Source: an uncultured virus (IMG/VR IMGVR_UViG_3300034062_002951) (lineage: Duplodnaviria > Heunggongvirae > Uroviricota > Caudoviricetes). Taken from it: a DNA stretch of 64,000 bases. The position numbers and the translations under genes were made by a program. Position 1 is the stretch's first letter. The number at the start of each line of letters is the position of its first letter. The notes below the pieces were generated by a model, which ran no database searches, was not told the origin of the DNA, and saw only the letters and a list, made by a program, of their open reading frames with translations. Shown in pieces: positions 18,914-27,929 of this stretch. Location of the stretch: IMG/VR virus record IMGVR_UViG_3300034062_002951; one strand, 5' to 3'.

Positions 18914-19861
18914 TTACTCCTTAACGTACTTGGCGTATTCCTCAAGAGGAACGCCCAATTTTTTGGCCATCGCAACTTGACTCGGTGAGAGCCTCACAGT
19001 GCGGCGTGCTGAACTATTCACTCCCGATGAACGGGTTGCAGGAGCCACCGATTGCACGTTTCTGGTGGTACTGTTGTTTTGCGCTTGAGGAGAAAATTTC
19101 CGTGGATAAGTACTTCTCATGCGTTTATCGAGCTCATCATAATACTCATCTGACGATCCGTCAAATCCCTCGTTGATGACGAGTTGCTTGTGGATGCCCC
19201 AAGCAGTATTGGTCATGACCGTGTCCTGGCCATACCATGAGTTCTTCTCCATCCAGTCTTCCAGCTTCGGGTCTATCTGAGCGGGTTGCTGGTACTGGGG
19301 TTGTTGAGGCTGTTGTTGGTACTGAGGCTGCGCTTGCTGGACAGGCTGATTCTGTTGCTGCTTTACGTAAACTTCGCGGCGCTGATTCTCTTCGGCCACC
19401 TGGCGCTGCTCGTAAATCAAGTCGGTCATGCGCTGATTGGCTTCGGTCTCAGTGTCGATGTCGCCCTCTTCGCGCGCTTTGCGAATGATTTGCTTCAAAG
19501 CCACAACCTGGGTCTCAATGCGACCCTTGGCTTCGTGCAAACGTTCCTCGTCCGTGTGGAACATCCGTTGTTGCATCTTCTGCGCTTGCTCTTGCACGCC
19601 CTTGGCGTAGGCAATGGCCGCCTCTTCCCGGCGCTGTGTCTCGCGCAGGCGAGCGGTCAGCTTGTCGATGCGCTTTTTGACGCTCTCGCTGTACTGGTTG
19701 AGCTCACTGTCAGGCTTGTCAGCGTCGCCGTTGTTTGTTTCAACATTGGGGGCAGGGTCCTGCTCCTGTACTTTGGGTGACTGGCCGTCTTCGCCCATGT
19801 CAATGTCTACAGGCTCTTCGCCTTCACCCAATTTAAATTCCAACTCTTGTTGCTCATTCAT
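18914..19861 (-). CDS. Capsid scaffolding protein
   Basis: Acidic N-terminus, long coiled coil and C-terminal VRLSPSQVAMAKKLGVPLEEYAK. Confidence 0.75.
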   Translation of the reverse strand: MNEQQELEFKLGEGEEPVDIDMGEDGQSPKVQEQDPAPNVETNNGDADKPDSELNQYSESVKKRIDKLTARLRETQRREEAAIAYAKGVQEQAQKMQQRMFHTDEERLHEAKGRIETQVVALKQIIRKAREEGDIDTETEANQRMTDLIYEQRQVAEENQRREVYVKQQQNQPVQQAQPQYQQQPQQPQYQQPAQIDPKLEDWMEKNSWYGQDTVMTNTAWGIHKQLVINEGFDGSSDEYYDELDKRMRSTYPRKFSPQAQNNSTTRNVQSVAPATRSSGVNSSARRTVRLSPSQVAMAKKLGVPLEEYAKYVKE

Positions 19862-19870
19862 GATAGCTCC

Positions 19871-20338
19871 TTACATGTGCAGAATATCTTCAGGGCTGTT
19901 TACAACCCCAATGATTTCGTCGTCGTTGAGAATTCGGATTTCTCCACCATCAATTTGGATGCGAGAACCTGCGTATCGACCAAAAATAATCCAGTCACCT
20001 TCCTTGCACCAGGCTCCATCGGGGAACTTTGACTGATCCGCATAGGCCAAGGCTCCCGTCTTCAAGACGTAGCCGCAGTTGGTTGCAAGTTGGGTTTTCT
20101 TCTGGGTTTCTTCGGCCAAGACGATGCCGCCTTTGGTCTTTTCCGCGCCACGATAGGGCAAGACGGCGATGCGCCAGCCTGTGGGGGTAGGGATGCGGTC
20201 TCGGACAGCTTGTTCAAGCTTCTCAGGGTTAAACCCGTCTTCCGTATACGCGTCATCAAGGCAAGGGCCTTTTGCATCTGCCTCTTCGCGCCATTTGCGC
20301 TCTAAAGCAGTCATGTTCTCTTCAACTTCCATGGGCAT
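19871..20338 (-). CDS. groES: GroES-like co-chaperonin
   Basis: PTGWRIAV..KTKGGIVL..GDWIIFGRYAG..ILNDDEIIG matches Cpn10. Confidence 0.85.
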   Translation of the reverse strand: MPMEVEENMTALERKWREEADAKGPCLDDAYTEDGFNPEKLEQAVRDRIPTPTGWRIAVLPYRGAEKTKGGIVLAEETQKKTQLATNCGYVLKTGALAYADQSKFPDGAWCKEGDWIIFGRYAGSRIQIDGGEIRILNDDEIIGVVNSPEDILHM

Positions 20339-20349
20339 CTCCTCTGTGG

Positions 20350-20541
20350 TTAAAAATCATCGGTAGTCCTTTGTGACAAGAGGTCACGAACGACTTGTTC
20401 GGCAAATTTCAATCCTTCGAGGCGACCCATCATGAAGCGATATCGCTCCATATCGTTGATGGTGCCATTCAAAATGATAGCCTCCGAGTCTTCTCGGAGC
20501 TTTCTTAATTCTTTGACAACAGATTCTGCAAATTCGAGCAT
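20350..20541 (-). CDS. Hypothetical helical protein (63 aa)
   Basis: DMERYRFMMGRLEGL; lies between portal and GroES. Confidence 0.7.
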   Translation of the reverse strand: MLEFAESVVKELRKLREDSEAIILNGTINDMERYRFMMGRLEGLKFAEQVVRDLLSQRTTDDF

Positions 20542-20599
20542 GGTATTTCCATGAAAAGCAGGTGGTACAAGGCCCCACCCGGTGGCAAGTGCTTACGTC

Positions 20600-20857
20600 T
20601 CAGTATATCTCAACCGGACGGTTGCCGTCTTTCTTCTTTACGACCATGAAAGCGCCACCCTTCTTGGCCTCCTTCGGTTTGCTAGACCTGTTGGATTTAC
20701 CAGCGGTAGACAAAGCAATCGCGACGGCTTGTTTCACCGCAGCGGACTTGTTCTTTGGCTTGCTGGTTCCAATCTTTCCTTTTTGCTTGTATGCGCCCAC
20801 CATCTCGCCAATATTGGAGCTTACAGTTTTACGACTTGAACCTTTTTTAAGCGGCAT
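20600..20857 (-). CDS. Small basic protein
   Basis: MPLKKGSSRKTVSSNI..KQAVAIALSTAG; Lys-rich. Confidence 0.75.
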   Translation of the reverse strand: MPLKKGSSRKTVSSNIGEMVGAYKQKGKIGTSKPKNKSAAVKQAVAIALSTAGKSNRSSKPKEAKKGGAFMVVKKKDGNRPVEIY

Positions 20858-23225
20858 TTCGGCCTCCTTGAGCGGGTGGTGTGTTCTGTGTGGCGTTCAT
20901 GCGCTCTCGGGCCACGCCGGCCCGCAGTTGCGCAATATTCTCTTGTGACTTTACACGATTTTGCTGTGCCTGAGCATTCTGCGCAATCTTTTGTTGGTCG
21001 AGTGCGAGCTTTTGCTGATCCAACGCAAGTTTCTTGTTGTCGTTCTCGGCGCGCTGTTGCAGTTCCTGCTTCTTGAGCTCGACCAATGGGTCGCCTTGCT
21101 CTCCGGACAACTGGTTTTGCATGTCCCGAACCTCTTGCATGAACAAAGCAATCTTCAACGCCACCATGCCTTCCTTTTGGATAGGAGAGACGATGCCGTC
21201 TGGGTCCGTGCCGTAGTTCTGGAACAATTCTGCCTCCACTGCTTCCTCCGCTTTGAGTCTCACGTGGTCCAGGATGTGCTTTTGCAAGGCCGTTGCGGCC
21301 ATGGGGTTGGCCTGAAGGATAGGAGACAGGCCCATCATCAGGTGACCGGCGATGTGCGCGTCATGCTGCTGTCCAGCAAAGGCCTTCAGGCGCATGTTGT
21401 TGAGCACGTCGCTGTTTTCACTGGCCGGGTCCTTGGGCATCTGAGTGTTTTGCGGCAACAAGATGCCATCGATGTCTCGGACGTTCAAAGCAGAGTACAC
21501 GCGGTAGTACGCTTCGTACATATCATGCATCTGAGGCGCGCTTTGGGCCATCTGCAACTGCGTTTGGGCTAAGGTGATGCGCTGGGCAGAGCTAAAGATG
21601 TTGGGGTCAGCAACAGGCAGCACCGCCACCATGTTGTTGAAGTCCTTCTTCTTGATCGAGCGCGCGCCACCCGGTACATCGTACGGATAGTTGTCCGGCA
21701 TGTACTCGCCAAAGCCCTTGGCCAGCATCTTGAACTCAAGACCTTGGGCATAGTGCAGGCGTTTGTGGATTGCCGACATGACAATCGAGCCACGCTCGAG
21801 CAATGCAAGGGTTGTTCCTACCTGTGCGTTCTGGTTTGCGTCGCCAACCTGCATATCCGCAGTGCTGGCCAGGCGTTTGCCCGCGTCAACCAAGAATCCA
21901 AGCAATGCAAACAGGGCTTGGCTTGGTTCTTTGTATGGCAAAGGCAGCAAAGAGGCCTGAAGTTCAGCGCCGCCGGCGTCAATGTCTCGCCATTCGCCTG
22001 GTTGGATAGGACTGTCGTTGTCCGCGATCCGCGCGCCCTTGGCCTTGAAGCCTGCGGGCAGATTTGAGAGCGTTCCCGCGTCCAGAAGCTGGCGCAAAGC
22101 ACTGGTTGCACCCTTGGACAGGCCACCAACCATGTGAACAAAGCCCATGCCGTACGCGCCAAGGCCTTCGACCAGCACGTAATGCACAAAATAGTCCTTG
22201 CGCACCTTCAATTCGTCGTCTTCGCTCCAATTTCTGCGTACGCCAACCACTTGCAGGCTGTCTTCCAGCATGGTAACGACGTAGGGCAAGCGGATTTTGG
22301 TGTCTTCGCCGTCTTCGCCCTTGTCTTCAAAGCCGGGGATGTCCAAATCCACCTGCATTTCCAACAAAAATACTTCTTCGACGTCGTCAGAGGGCTGTAC
22401 ACCCGTAACTTTGTCCACGGCTTCTTGAATTTGCGTGGTGTCAGGCAGCATCGTCTGCGATTCAACGTCCACATCCAAGTATTCGCCGGCCACAATGCGC
22501 TTTCTGAACTCGTTGGAGTCCATTGCAATCCGGTGCGTGATCCGTGGGCACTGGCTCATGACGCTTGATCCGTTGTACGGGATGTAAACATCGTCGGCCA
22601 AGCACAATTTGGAGACCATGCGGCCCAATTGGCGGTCGTAATACACCTTCTTGAACGAGGAACCGCCGTATCCAGTGTAGAAAAGCAACTGATCAAACTC
22701 AGGTGTGTACTCTTCCATCACCGAAGTGATCTGGTAATTCATGAAATCTTGCACGCGAGAGGCCTGTTGGGTCTTTTCTACCGTCTCACGGCCGATGACT
22801 TGCGTGCGAACAGGGCCGCCAGCCGGCATCAGTTCCTTGAATGCCTGTGCCTGGAACTGCACGATGGCCTCGGTCAACATAGGATGGGTCGCGCCCGACG
22901 CGCCCCTGAAAGGCTTGGTGCGTTCTTCAAGCTTTAAGCCCAGCAAGTCCATGCCCTTGGAGTACATCTGCTCCCAGTCAGAGCGTGAAGACTTGTCAGC
23001 CTCGAACATCGCGCCGACATCCAGGGCAATCTGGCTCAAGTCATCCTCATCAATGACCTCGGCCAGGTTGGCGTAGAAGTCAACTTCATCGGCATCGTCT
23101 TCACTCATGTTGATAACAGCACTGCCGTCGTCTTCCAACACGATCTCGATGTCGGGCATCTCGTCCTCATTGTCGATGACGATGTCTAACTGAGGGGCTT
23201 GGTTTACTGCTTTGTCTATGGGCAT
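20847..23225 (-). CDS. Portal protein
   Basis: 792 aa, P22-like podoviral portal layout (HPMLTEAIVQFQA, FKKVYYD, AGTLSNLPAGFK) with a C-terminal Gln-rich barrel. Confidence 0.9.
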   Translation of the reverse strand: MPIDKAVNQAPQLDIVIDNEDEMPDIEIVLEDDGSAVINMSEDDADEVDFYANLAEVIDEDDLSQIALDVGAMFEADKSSRSDWEQMYSKGMDLLGLKLEERTKPFRGASGATHPMLTEAIVQFQAQAFKELMPAGGPVRTQVIGRETVEKTQQASRVQDFMNYQITSVMEEYTPEFDQLLFYTGYGGSSFKKVYYDRQLGRMVSKLCLADDVYIPYNGSSVMSQCPRITHRIAMDSNEFRKRIVAGEYLDVDVESQTMLPDTTQIQEAVDKVTGVQPSDDVEEVFLLEMQVDLDIPGFEDKGEDGEDTKIRLPYVVTMLEDSLQVVGVRRNWSEDDELKVRKDYFVHYVLVEGLGAYGMGFVHMVGGLSKGATSALRQLLDAGTLSNLPAGFKAKGARIADNDSPIQPGEWRDIDAGGAELQASLLPLPYKEPSQALFALLGFLVDAGKRLASTADMQVGDANQNAQVGTTLALLERGSIVMSAIHKRLHYAQGLEFKMLAKGFGEYMPDNYPYDVPGGARSIKKKDFNNMVAVLPVADPNIFSSAQRITLAQTQLQMAQSAPQMHDMYEAYYRVYSALNVRDIDGILLPQNTQMPKDPASENSDVLNNMRLKAFAGQQHDAHIAGHLMMGLSPILQANPMAATALQKHILDHVRLKAEEAVEAELFQNYGTDPDGIVSPIQKEGMVALKIALFMQEVRDMQNQLSGEQGDPLVELKKQELQQRAENDNKKLALDQQKLALDQQKIAQNAQAQQNRVKSQENIAQLRAGVARERMNATQNTPPAQGGRNAA

Positions 23226-23237
23226 GGGTTTTCTTTC

Positions 23238-26200
23238 TTATGGACGAGGACGTCCAGACAAGTCCATCTTAAACTCTTCCAGTTTGGGAGTCAGATAACT
23301 ATCGCTCTCTGCGATCTTATCTGGTTTGATGTAGGTCTTCAAGAAGGACAACACTCCCTCATCCGCATCTTTGGGAGCAACGTTTCCTGTCTTGGCTCCA
23401 TTGCCTTTGATCTGTTTCACAATAGTACTCATGGGCCCTAGCTCACGGCCTTCGGCTTTTGCGCGCACAATGTCGGACTCGGAGAGTACGCGGCCCAGTG
23501 GTCCTGTGTATGCTTTCTCCACCTGGACAGTAGTGAACGGCTTGCCTTTTGAGTCGCGCAAAGTGTAGACCTGTACCTCTTCGCCTTCCTTGAAGCGGCG
23601 GTATTCCTTAGGTCCATAAGCGCCTCCCTTGGCATAGCCGCCAACAGAGTGTCCAATGTATGCGCCCTCAATCGCAGTGGCTTCATTGTCAAGGATGCGG
23701 TGCCAGGTGAAGTTCTGTCCGTCTTTTTCAAAGTTCATCAACGGCTCGCTCAGACCCTGCTTCCAAGTCTTTTCTGGAATACGCTTTCCACCCTTTACAG
23801 CGTTAACCAGGTTCTGCGTATTGAACATGTCCAGGTTGTACCTGGCGGAGTTCTTGACCACGTCTTCAAAACGCATCTTGGTAATCTCTTTTGGAGACAA
23901 CGTAGCCAGGTACTGATTAATATTCTTTGGTGACAACAAATCTTCAAGCGCGCTCTTGTACGGCATGTCAATGTCGTAGATTGGCTCGCTCGTTTGAATC
24001 GCTCTCTTAATATTCTCAGGCACAACACCAGGTACTTTGGTTTCGCCTATACCGAGTTCCTTGTATATGCGATCAATCATGTTTGATTCTTCGGGAGGCC
24101 GCTTATACAGGTTATACAGTTCCTTGTATTCGTTCGGTATGTAGTTGAGCAAGTCGTTGGACGCTTCTCCACCCCGTGGTCCTGTCAGGGATATCTTGGG
24201 GTTGATGAGGTTGGGGTCCATCCCGCCTGCCACCATCTTCTCGGTCACGTCCTCTGCCAATTGAGACTCGAGTTGACGGCCTCTGTCTCCCATGGTAGAT
24301 GGGTAGGCTGGATCAAATAGGGGCTCTTTGGTGTTGAAGGCCAGTCCTTTCAGTCCCGTCATCTCATCGTAGCGACGCGTCAAGTCTTCCAATGCCTGTG
24401 GGTACTTGGGGTAGAACCTTGACTCACCCGTTACTGGGTCCACCCTGGTCTTGCCTGCGCGTGTCTGTTCAATCGCATAGTCAGGAATCTGCTTTTGTAA
24501 GGCAGGGGTGCGCAATTGACCACTAATGATTTGGTTGAATATGGGGTCACTTGGTGTGCCGTACTGACGCGTGTAATAGTTCTGTGCCTTGGAGCGCCAG
24601 AAGTTTTCAATGGCGTCGCCCATCTCGTTGGACAAGCCTGAGATGCTTGGGTTTGCACCAGCGTCAATCATCTTGTCTAATTTAGAAATAGGAGCGTTGC
24701 TCTTTCCAGTTGACTGCACGCCGGTGAACGTCGTGCCGCCGCCTTCGGGGCGGACAGCAAAGGCTGGCTGTGGTGTGAAGCCGCGTAGCGGGCCTTCGTT
24801 GAATATGCCTCGCTCGACTTGGCGGGCAGCTTCCTTGCCTAGATATTTCACTGCCGGCGCGGTAACTTCCTTGAGCATCCTTGCAGCGGGCCCTACCAGT
24901 GCCACATTTCCTGCGACAAAGCCTTGCTCTGCCCGGCCAAGAATCTCTTTGCGTTTAGGGTGAAAGACACTAAATTGATTGGCCACTTCATCGGGCGGTG
25001 TACCAAGCAACGCGCTTTGAATGAATGCGTATGTTTGGGGGTCAGGAAGTTGATTGATGTCACGCTCGGTTGCAAGCTTTCTAGACTTAGCGCCTTGGCG
25101 TTGGATGTTTGTGTTCATCACAGGTTGATACCTGTTTAACTCGGCCTGGTCAGAGGCCAAGCGTTCGATCTGTTGAGGCGTGAGCCGTTCTCCGTCAGGG
25201 GGCGAACCATCAGCGCGTTTGACAGGGCCCTGCGAGCCATACCTGCCTACCTTGTCTGACATGCCCGCAGGTTTACCGGTAGAAGCTTTCCCAGGGGATA
25301 TCCCCTCTCGTGCCTGAAGCGCCATCTGACGCACGAGCGCCAGCAACTCTTCTTGGCTCTTGGACTTAGATGCAAGCTCAATACCTAAGCGGTTATTGTG
25401 GATGTCTTGCGTGTAGTCGGGAGACTCTTTCATCATGCCCATCTTTGAGCCAATGAAGCGAATGGGAGAAGTCTTAAGCTCATGCATCTGCCCAGCAAGT
25501 TCAGCGGTACCTGGGCCGTACTTGCGTGCCAAGGTAGCTGCGGCCAACATGTGTCTTGCCGAATCTTGTCGGTCATACTGGCCGTCTTCTTCAGGGAACA
25601 TGTTTGCTGACTCTTGACGTGCATAGTCAGACACGCCATACAAGCCAGGCAAATCTTCCTTGTCCGCTTCACCGCCTTTGGCCATGCCCGCTGGCTGGAC
25701 AGGGGCCAATGGATCGAACCCTCCTAATTGTCTTTTTAAGGTGTCCCCTAGATAATATTTTTCGTATTTGTTGTACTCGTCTTCAGTAAGAAAGCGGCGG
25801 TTGTCCAAATTATTGTCCTTAATATATCTTTCCACCTTCGGGACTTCTTTAATATCCCGCAAGCCTGCTAAATGCAAGTCATTAACCGTTGACCAGTTGC
25901 CGCTGTTCAAGAAGTCCTGTACAAAGGGCTGCGCGTCTTCTGCTATGTAGCCATTAACCTGGCCTTTAATCTGGTTGATGCTAGGAGGCAGTTCGCCTAC
26001 TACTTGATCTGCCGCTTTTTGGAAACTGTCCATTGGGCTAGGTGCAGGAGCTCCCGACAATAGCCTGTTTTCTGCAAAAGCATTTGGGTTTTCAAAATAC
26101 ATTTTCTTGCCCAAAGCGTAGATTTCCTGTAGCTTTTCTTCAGGGATAGAGCCGTCTTGAAGCAGTTCCGCAGGAAAACTATAATTTTCTCCACGTGCGC

Positions 26201-27902
26201 GGGATTCAAGGCCGTAAGTGACATAGTCCAGAGGATGTTTTTCCTTAACCGCTTCAACTGTTGTATACCTTTTTCCCTGGTCGTCGGCCAACGAATAAAC
26301 TTTTACGTCACCGCTCTTAATGGCCTCCCAGCCGCCATATCCGTAACCAGGGCTGCCCTTGTTCCCTGATTGAGGTGTCCAGTCGGCGTGTCCTACGGGA
26401 GGCTCGTATCCGCGTACGGAGTGGCCCATGGCATCGGACTCCGCAGCAAAGTAGCCAGGCTTGTCCAACTGCATCCACCTGAAGCCCTGCTCTGGATACT
26501 GCTTGTAAACAGGTACGCCCTCAAGAGACTGAATTTGGGCCTTCTTCATCTTGTCGGCCATATCCAAGTCATACTGATGCGTAAGACGCACCGCATCTTC
26601 CATGCTCAGGCCTCTAAGGCTGTCAGGGCTTAAACGACCCGTTGTCAAGTTTTCTTGGAGCACGTCAACAATGTGGTTAAAGCCCAAGTCCTCCGGCCCA
26701 CGTCCTGTATTCATCCCGCTTACCTTGGCAGTGGGGTTTTGCACTGCAAACTCTCCACCAAAGTCCCTGAGAGTCTCATTCAAATCATTTGAGTAGCCAA
26801 ACGGGACCATATCTTGGTAGGGGCCTACGTTGATTGCGGCGTCGGCTCTGTTCTCCCACGCCTGTCCTCGGTCCGTCTTAGAAATAGGGGCTTGTTGCTC
26901 AATAGGTAGGCCGGCAGCTATTCGATTTGCATTTGAAGTTACCTCTGCATTAACCGGCGTGTCAGGGAAAGGCAATATGCCTTCTTCCTCCGCTAACTTG
27001 CGTACAGGATCACTCGGTGTTGCCATTTTATTTTTAATATATGGCGTCAGTTTCTTGTCAATCCACTTGTTCAAGGATTTAGCATCCCCTGGATTGGTTA
27101 AGTTGTCTGCCCTGTAGAGGGGCCTAACAAATTCTTCTGGGCTCTTATTGCCTATCATCCAGTTCCCGCCTTCTTCTTTGATGATGCTGGGAAAGAGCGA
27201 TGGCTCTTGTTCCGGGAACAACGATCTCGCACTGGACGGGACTAAGTTGTCGGCAGAGGACGCGCCCTTCTTTGCGCCAGACTTTAATGCCTTGCTGACC
27301 AATCCACCGAATTGAAACGTTCTTGCCATCAAGGGGCCGGGCTTCTCCAATGTCGGCTGGTCAAACATCACCGTATTAAAGGTGGGCTTCATCAGGCCCT
27401 TGCCTGCTCGTTGTGCTGCTTGGGCCTTGAGCTTGTATGCTTTTTCCAAAGCATCGTATTGCGACCGGGCGGAGGCAATCTGCATCAACTTTTCTTGTTC
27501 CGTTTGCGGCGCGCCGAGTTCAGGAATGGCAGGAGACAAGTCGCCCATGGGCATGCTCATTTCCTTAGACCGCTTTGACTTGCCGCCACCGCCGCTCTTT
27601 GTCGATAACTGCTTGAGCATCAGCTTGGCAGTCTTCCTTTCAGGCGCATCCGATTCGCTAGGATACATAGGCGCATACGCCGTGTCCGCCTCGTCGGCCA
27701 ACAAGAACTGGTTCATCGCCTCGGTCTGCGATTCAATCGACGCATCTCCGCCTTTGGCGTAATACTGGATATCTTCCTCTTCCACCTCGCCACCCTCAGA
27801 AAACATCTGAGGCACATACTCAGGAGGCTCGGACGACGCAAGACTGTCGATGTCTAACTCATCATCAGGTAAATATTGTCCGTCCATAGTTCGCCCTAAC
27901 AA
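23238..27902 (-). CDS. Large polyvalent protein: two PcfJ-like modules and a Wnt/SAA-like domain
   Basis: Duplicated motifs TPSDP, GHSV.GY, VY(S/T)L.D..GK..TTV and QIKG; central DSARH..HE..DIHNNRLG. Confidence 0.75.
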   Translation of the reverse strand: MLGRTMDGQYLPDDELDIDSLASSEPPEYVPQMFSEGGEVEEEDIQYYAKGGDASIESQTEAMNQFLLADEADTAYAPMYPSESDAPERKTAKLMLKQLSTKSGGGGKSKRSKEMSMPMGDLSPAIPELGAPQTEQEKLMQIASARSQYDALEKAYKLKAQAAQRAGKGLMKPTFNTVMFDQPTLEKPGPLMARTFQFGGLVSKALKSGAKKGASSADNLVPSSARSLFPEQEPSLFPSIIKEEGGNWMIGNKSPEEFVRPLYRADNLTNPGDAKSLNKWIDKKLTPYIKNKMATPSDPVRKLAEEEGILPFPDTPVNAEVTSNANRIAAGLPIEQQAPISKTDRGQAWENRADAAINVGPYQDMVPFGYSNDLNETLRDFGGEFAVQNPTAKVSGMNTGRGPEDLGFNHIVDVLQENLTTGRLSPDSLRGLSMEDAVRLTHQYDLDMADKMKKAQIQSLEGVPVYKQYPEQGFRWMQLDKPGYFAAESDAMGHSVRGYEPPVGHADWTPQSGNKGSPGYGYGGWEAIKSGDVKVYSLADDQGKRYTTVEAVKEKHPLDYVTYGLESRARGENYSFPAELLQDGSIPEEKLQEIYALGKKMYFENPNAFAENRLLSGAPAPSPMDSFQKAADQVVGELPPSINQIKGQVNGYIAEDAQPFVQDFLNSGNWSTVNDLHLAGLRDIKEVPKVERYIKDNNLDNRRFLTEDEYNKYEKYYLGDTLKRQLGGFDPLAPVQPAGMAKGGEADKEDLPGLYGVSDYARQESANMFPEEDGQYDRQDSARHMLAAATLARKYGPGTAELAGQMHELKTSPIRFIGSKMGMMKESPDYTQDIHNNRLGIELASKSKSQEELLALVRQMALQAREGISPGKASTGKPAGMSDKVGRYGSQGPVKRADGSPPDGERLTPQQIERLASDQAELNRYQPVMNTNIQRQGAKSRKLATERDINQLPDPQTYAFIQSALLGTPPDEVANQFSVFHPKRKEILGRAEQGFVAGNVALVGPAARMLKEVTAPAVKYLGKEAARQVERGIFNEGPLRGFTPQPAFAVRPEGGGTTFTGVQSTGKSNAPISKLDKMIDAGANPSISGLSNEMGDAIENFWRSKAQNYYTRQYGTPSDPIFNQIISGQLRTPALQKQIPDYAIEQTRAGKTRVDPVTGESRFYPKYPQALEDLTRRYDEMTGLKGLAFNTKEPLFDPAYPSTMGDRGRQLESQLAEDVTEKMVAGGMDPNLINPKISLTGPRGGEASNDLLNYIPNEYKELYNLYKRPPEESNMIDRIYKELGIGETKVPGVVPENIKRAIQTSEPIYDIDMPYKSALEDLLSPKNINQYLATLSPKEITKMRFEDVVKNSARYNLDMFNTQNLVNAVKGGKRIPEKTWKQGLSEPLMNFEKDGQNFTWHRILDNEATAIEGAYIGHSVGGYAKGGAYGPKEYRRFKEGEEVQVYTLRDSKGKPFTTVQVEKAYTGPLGRVLSESDIVRAKAEGRELGPMSTIVKQIKGNGAKTGNVAPKDADEGVLSFLKTYIKPDKIAESDSYLTPKLEEFKMDLSGRPRP

Positions 27903-27929
27903 AAAGGTGGTGTCAGGACATTTTATGCC

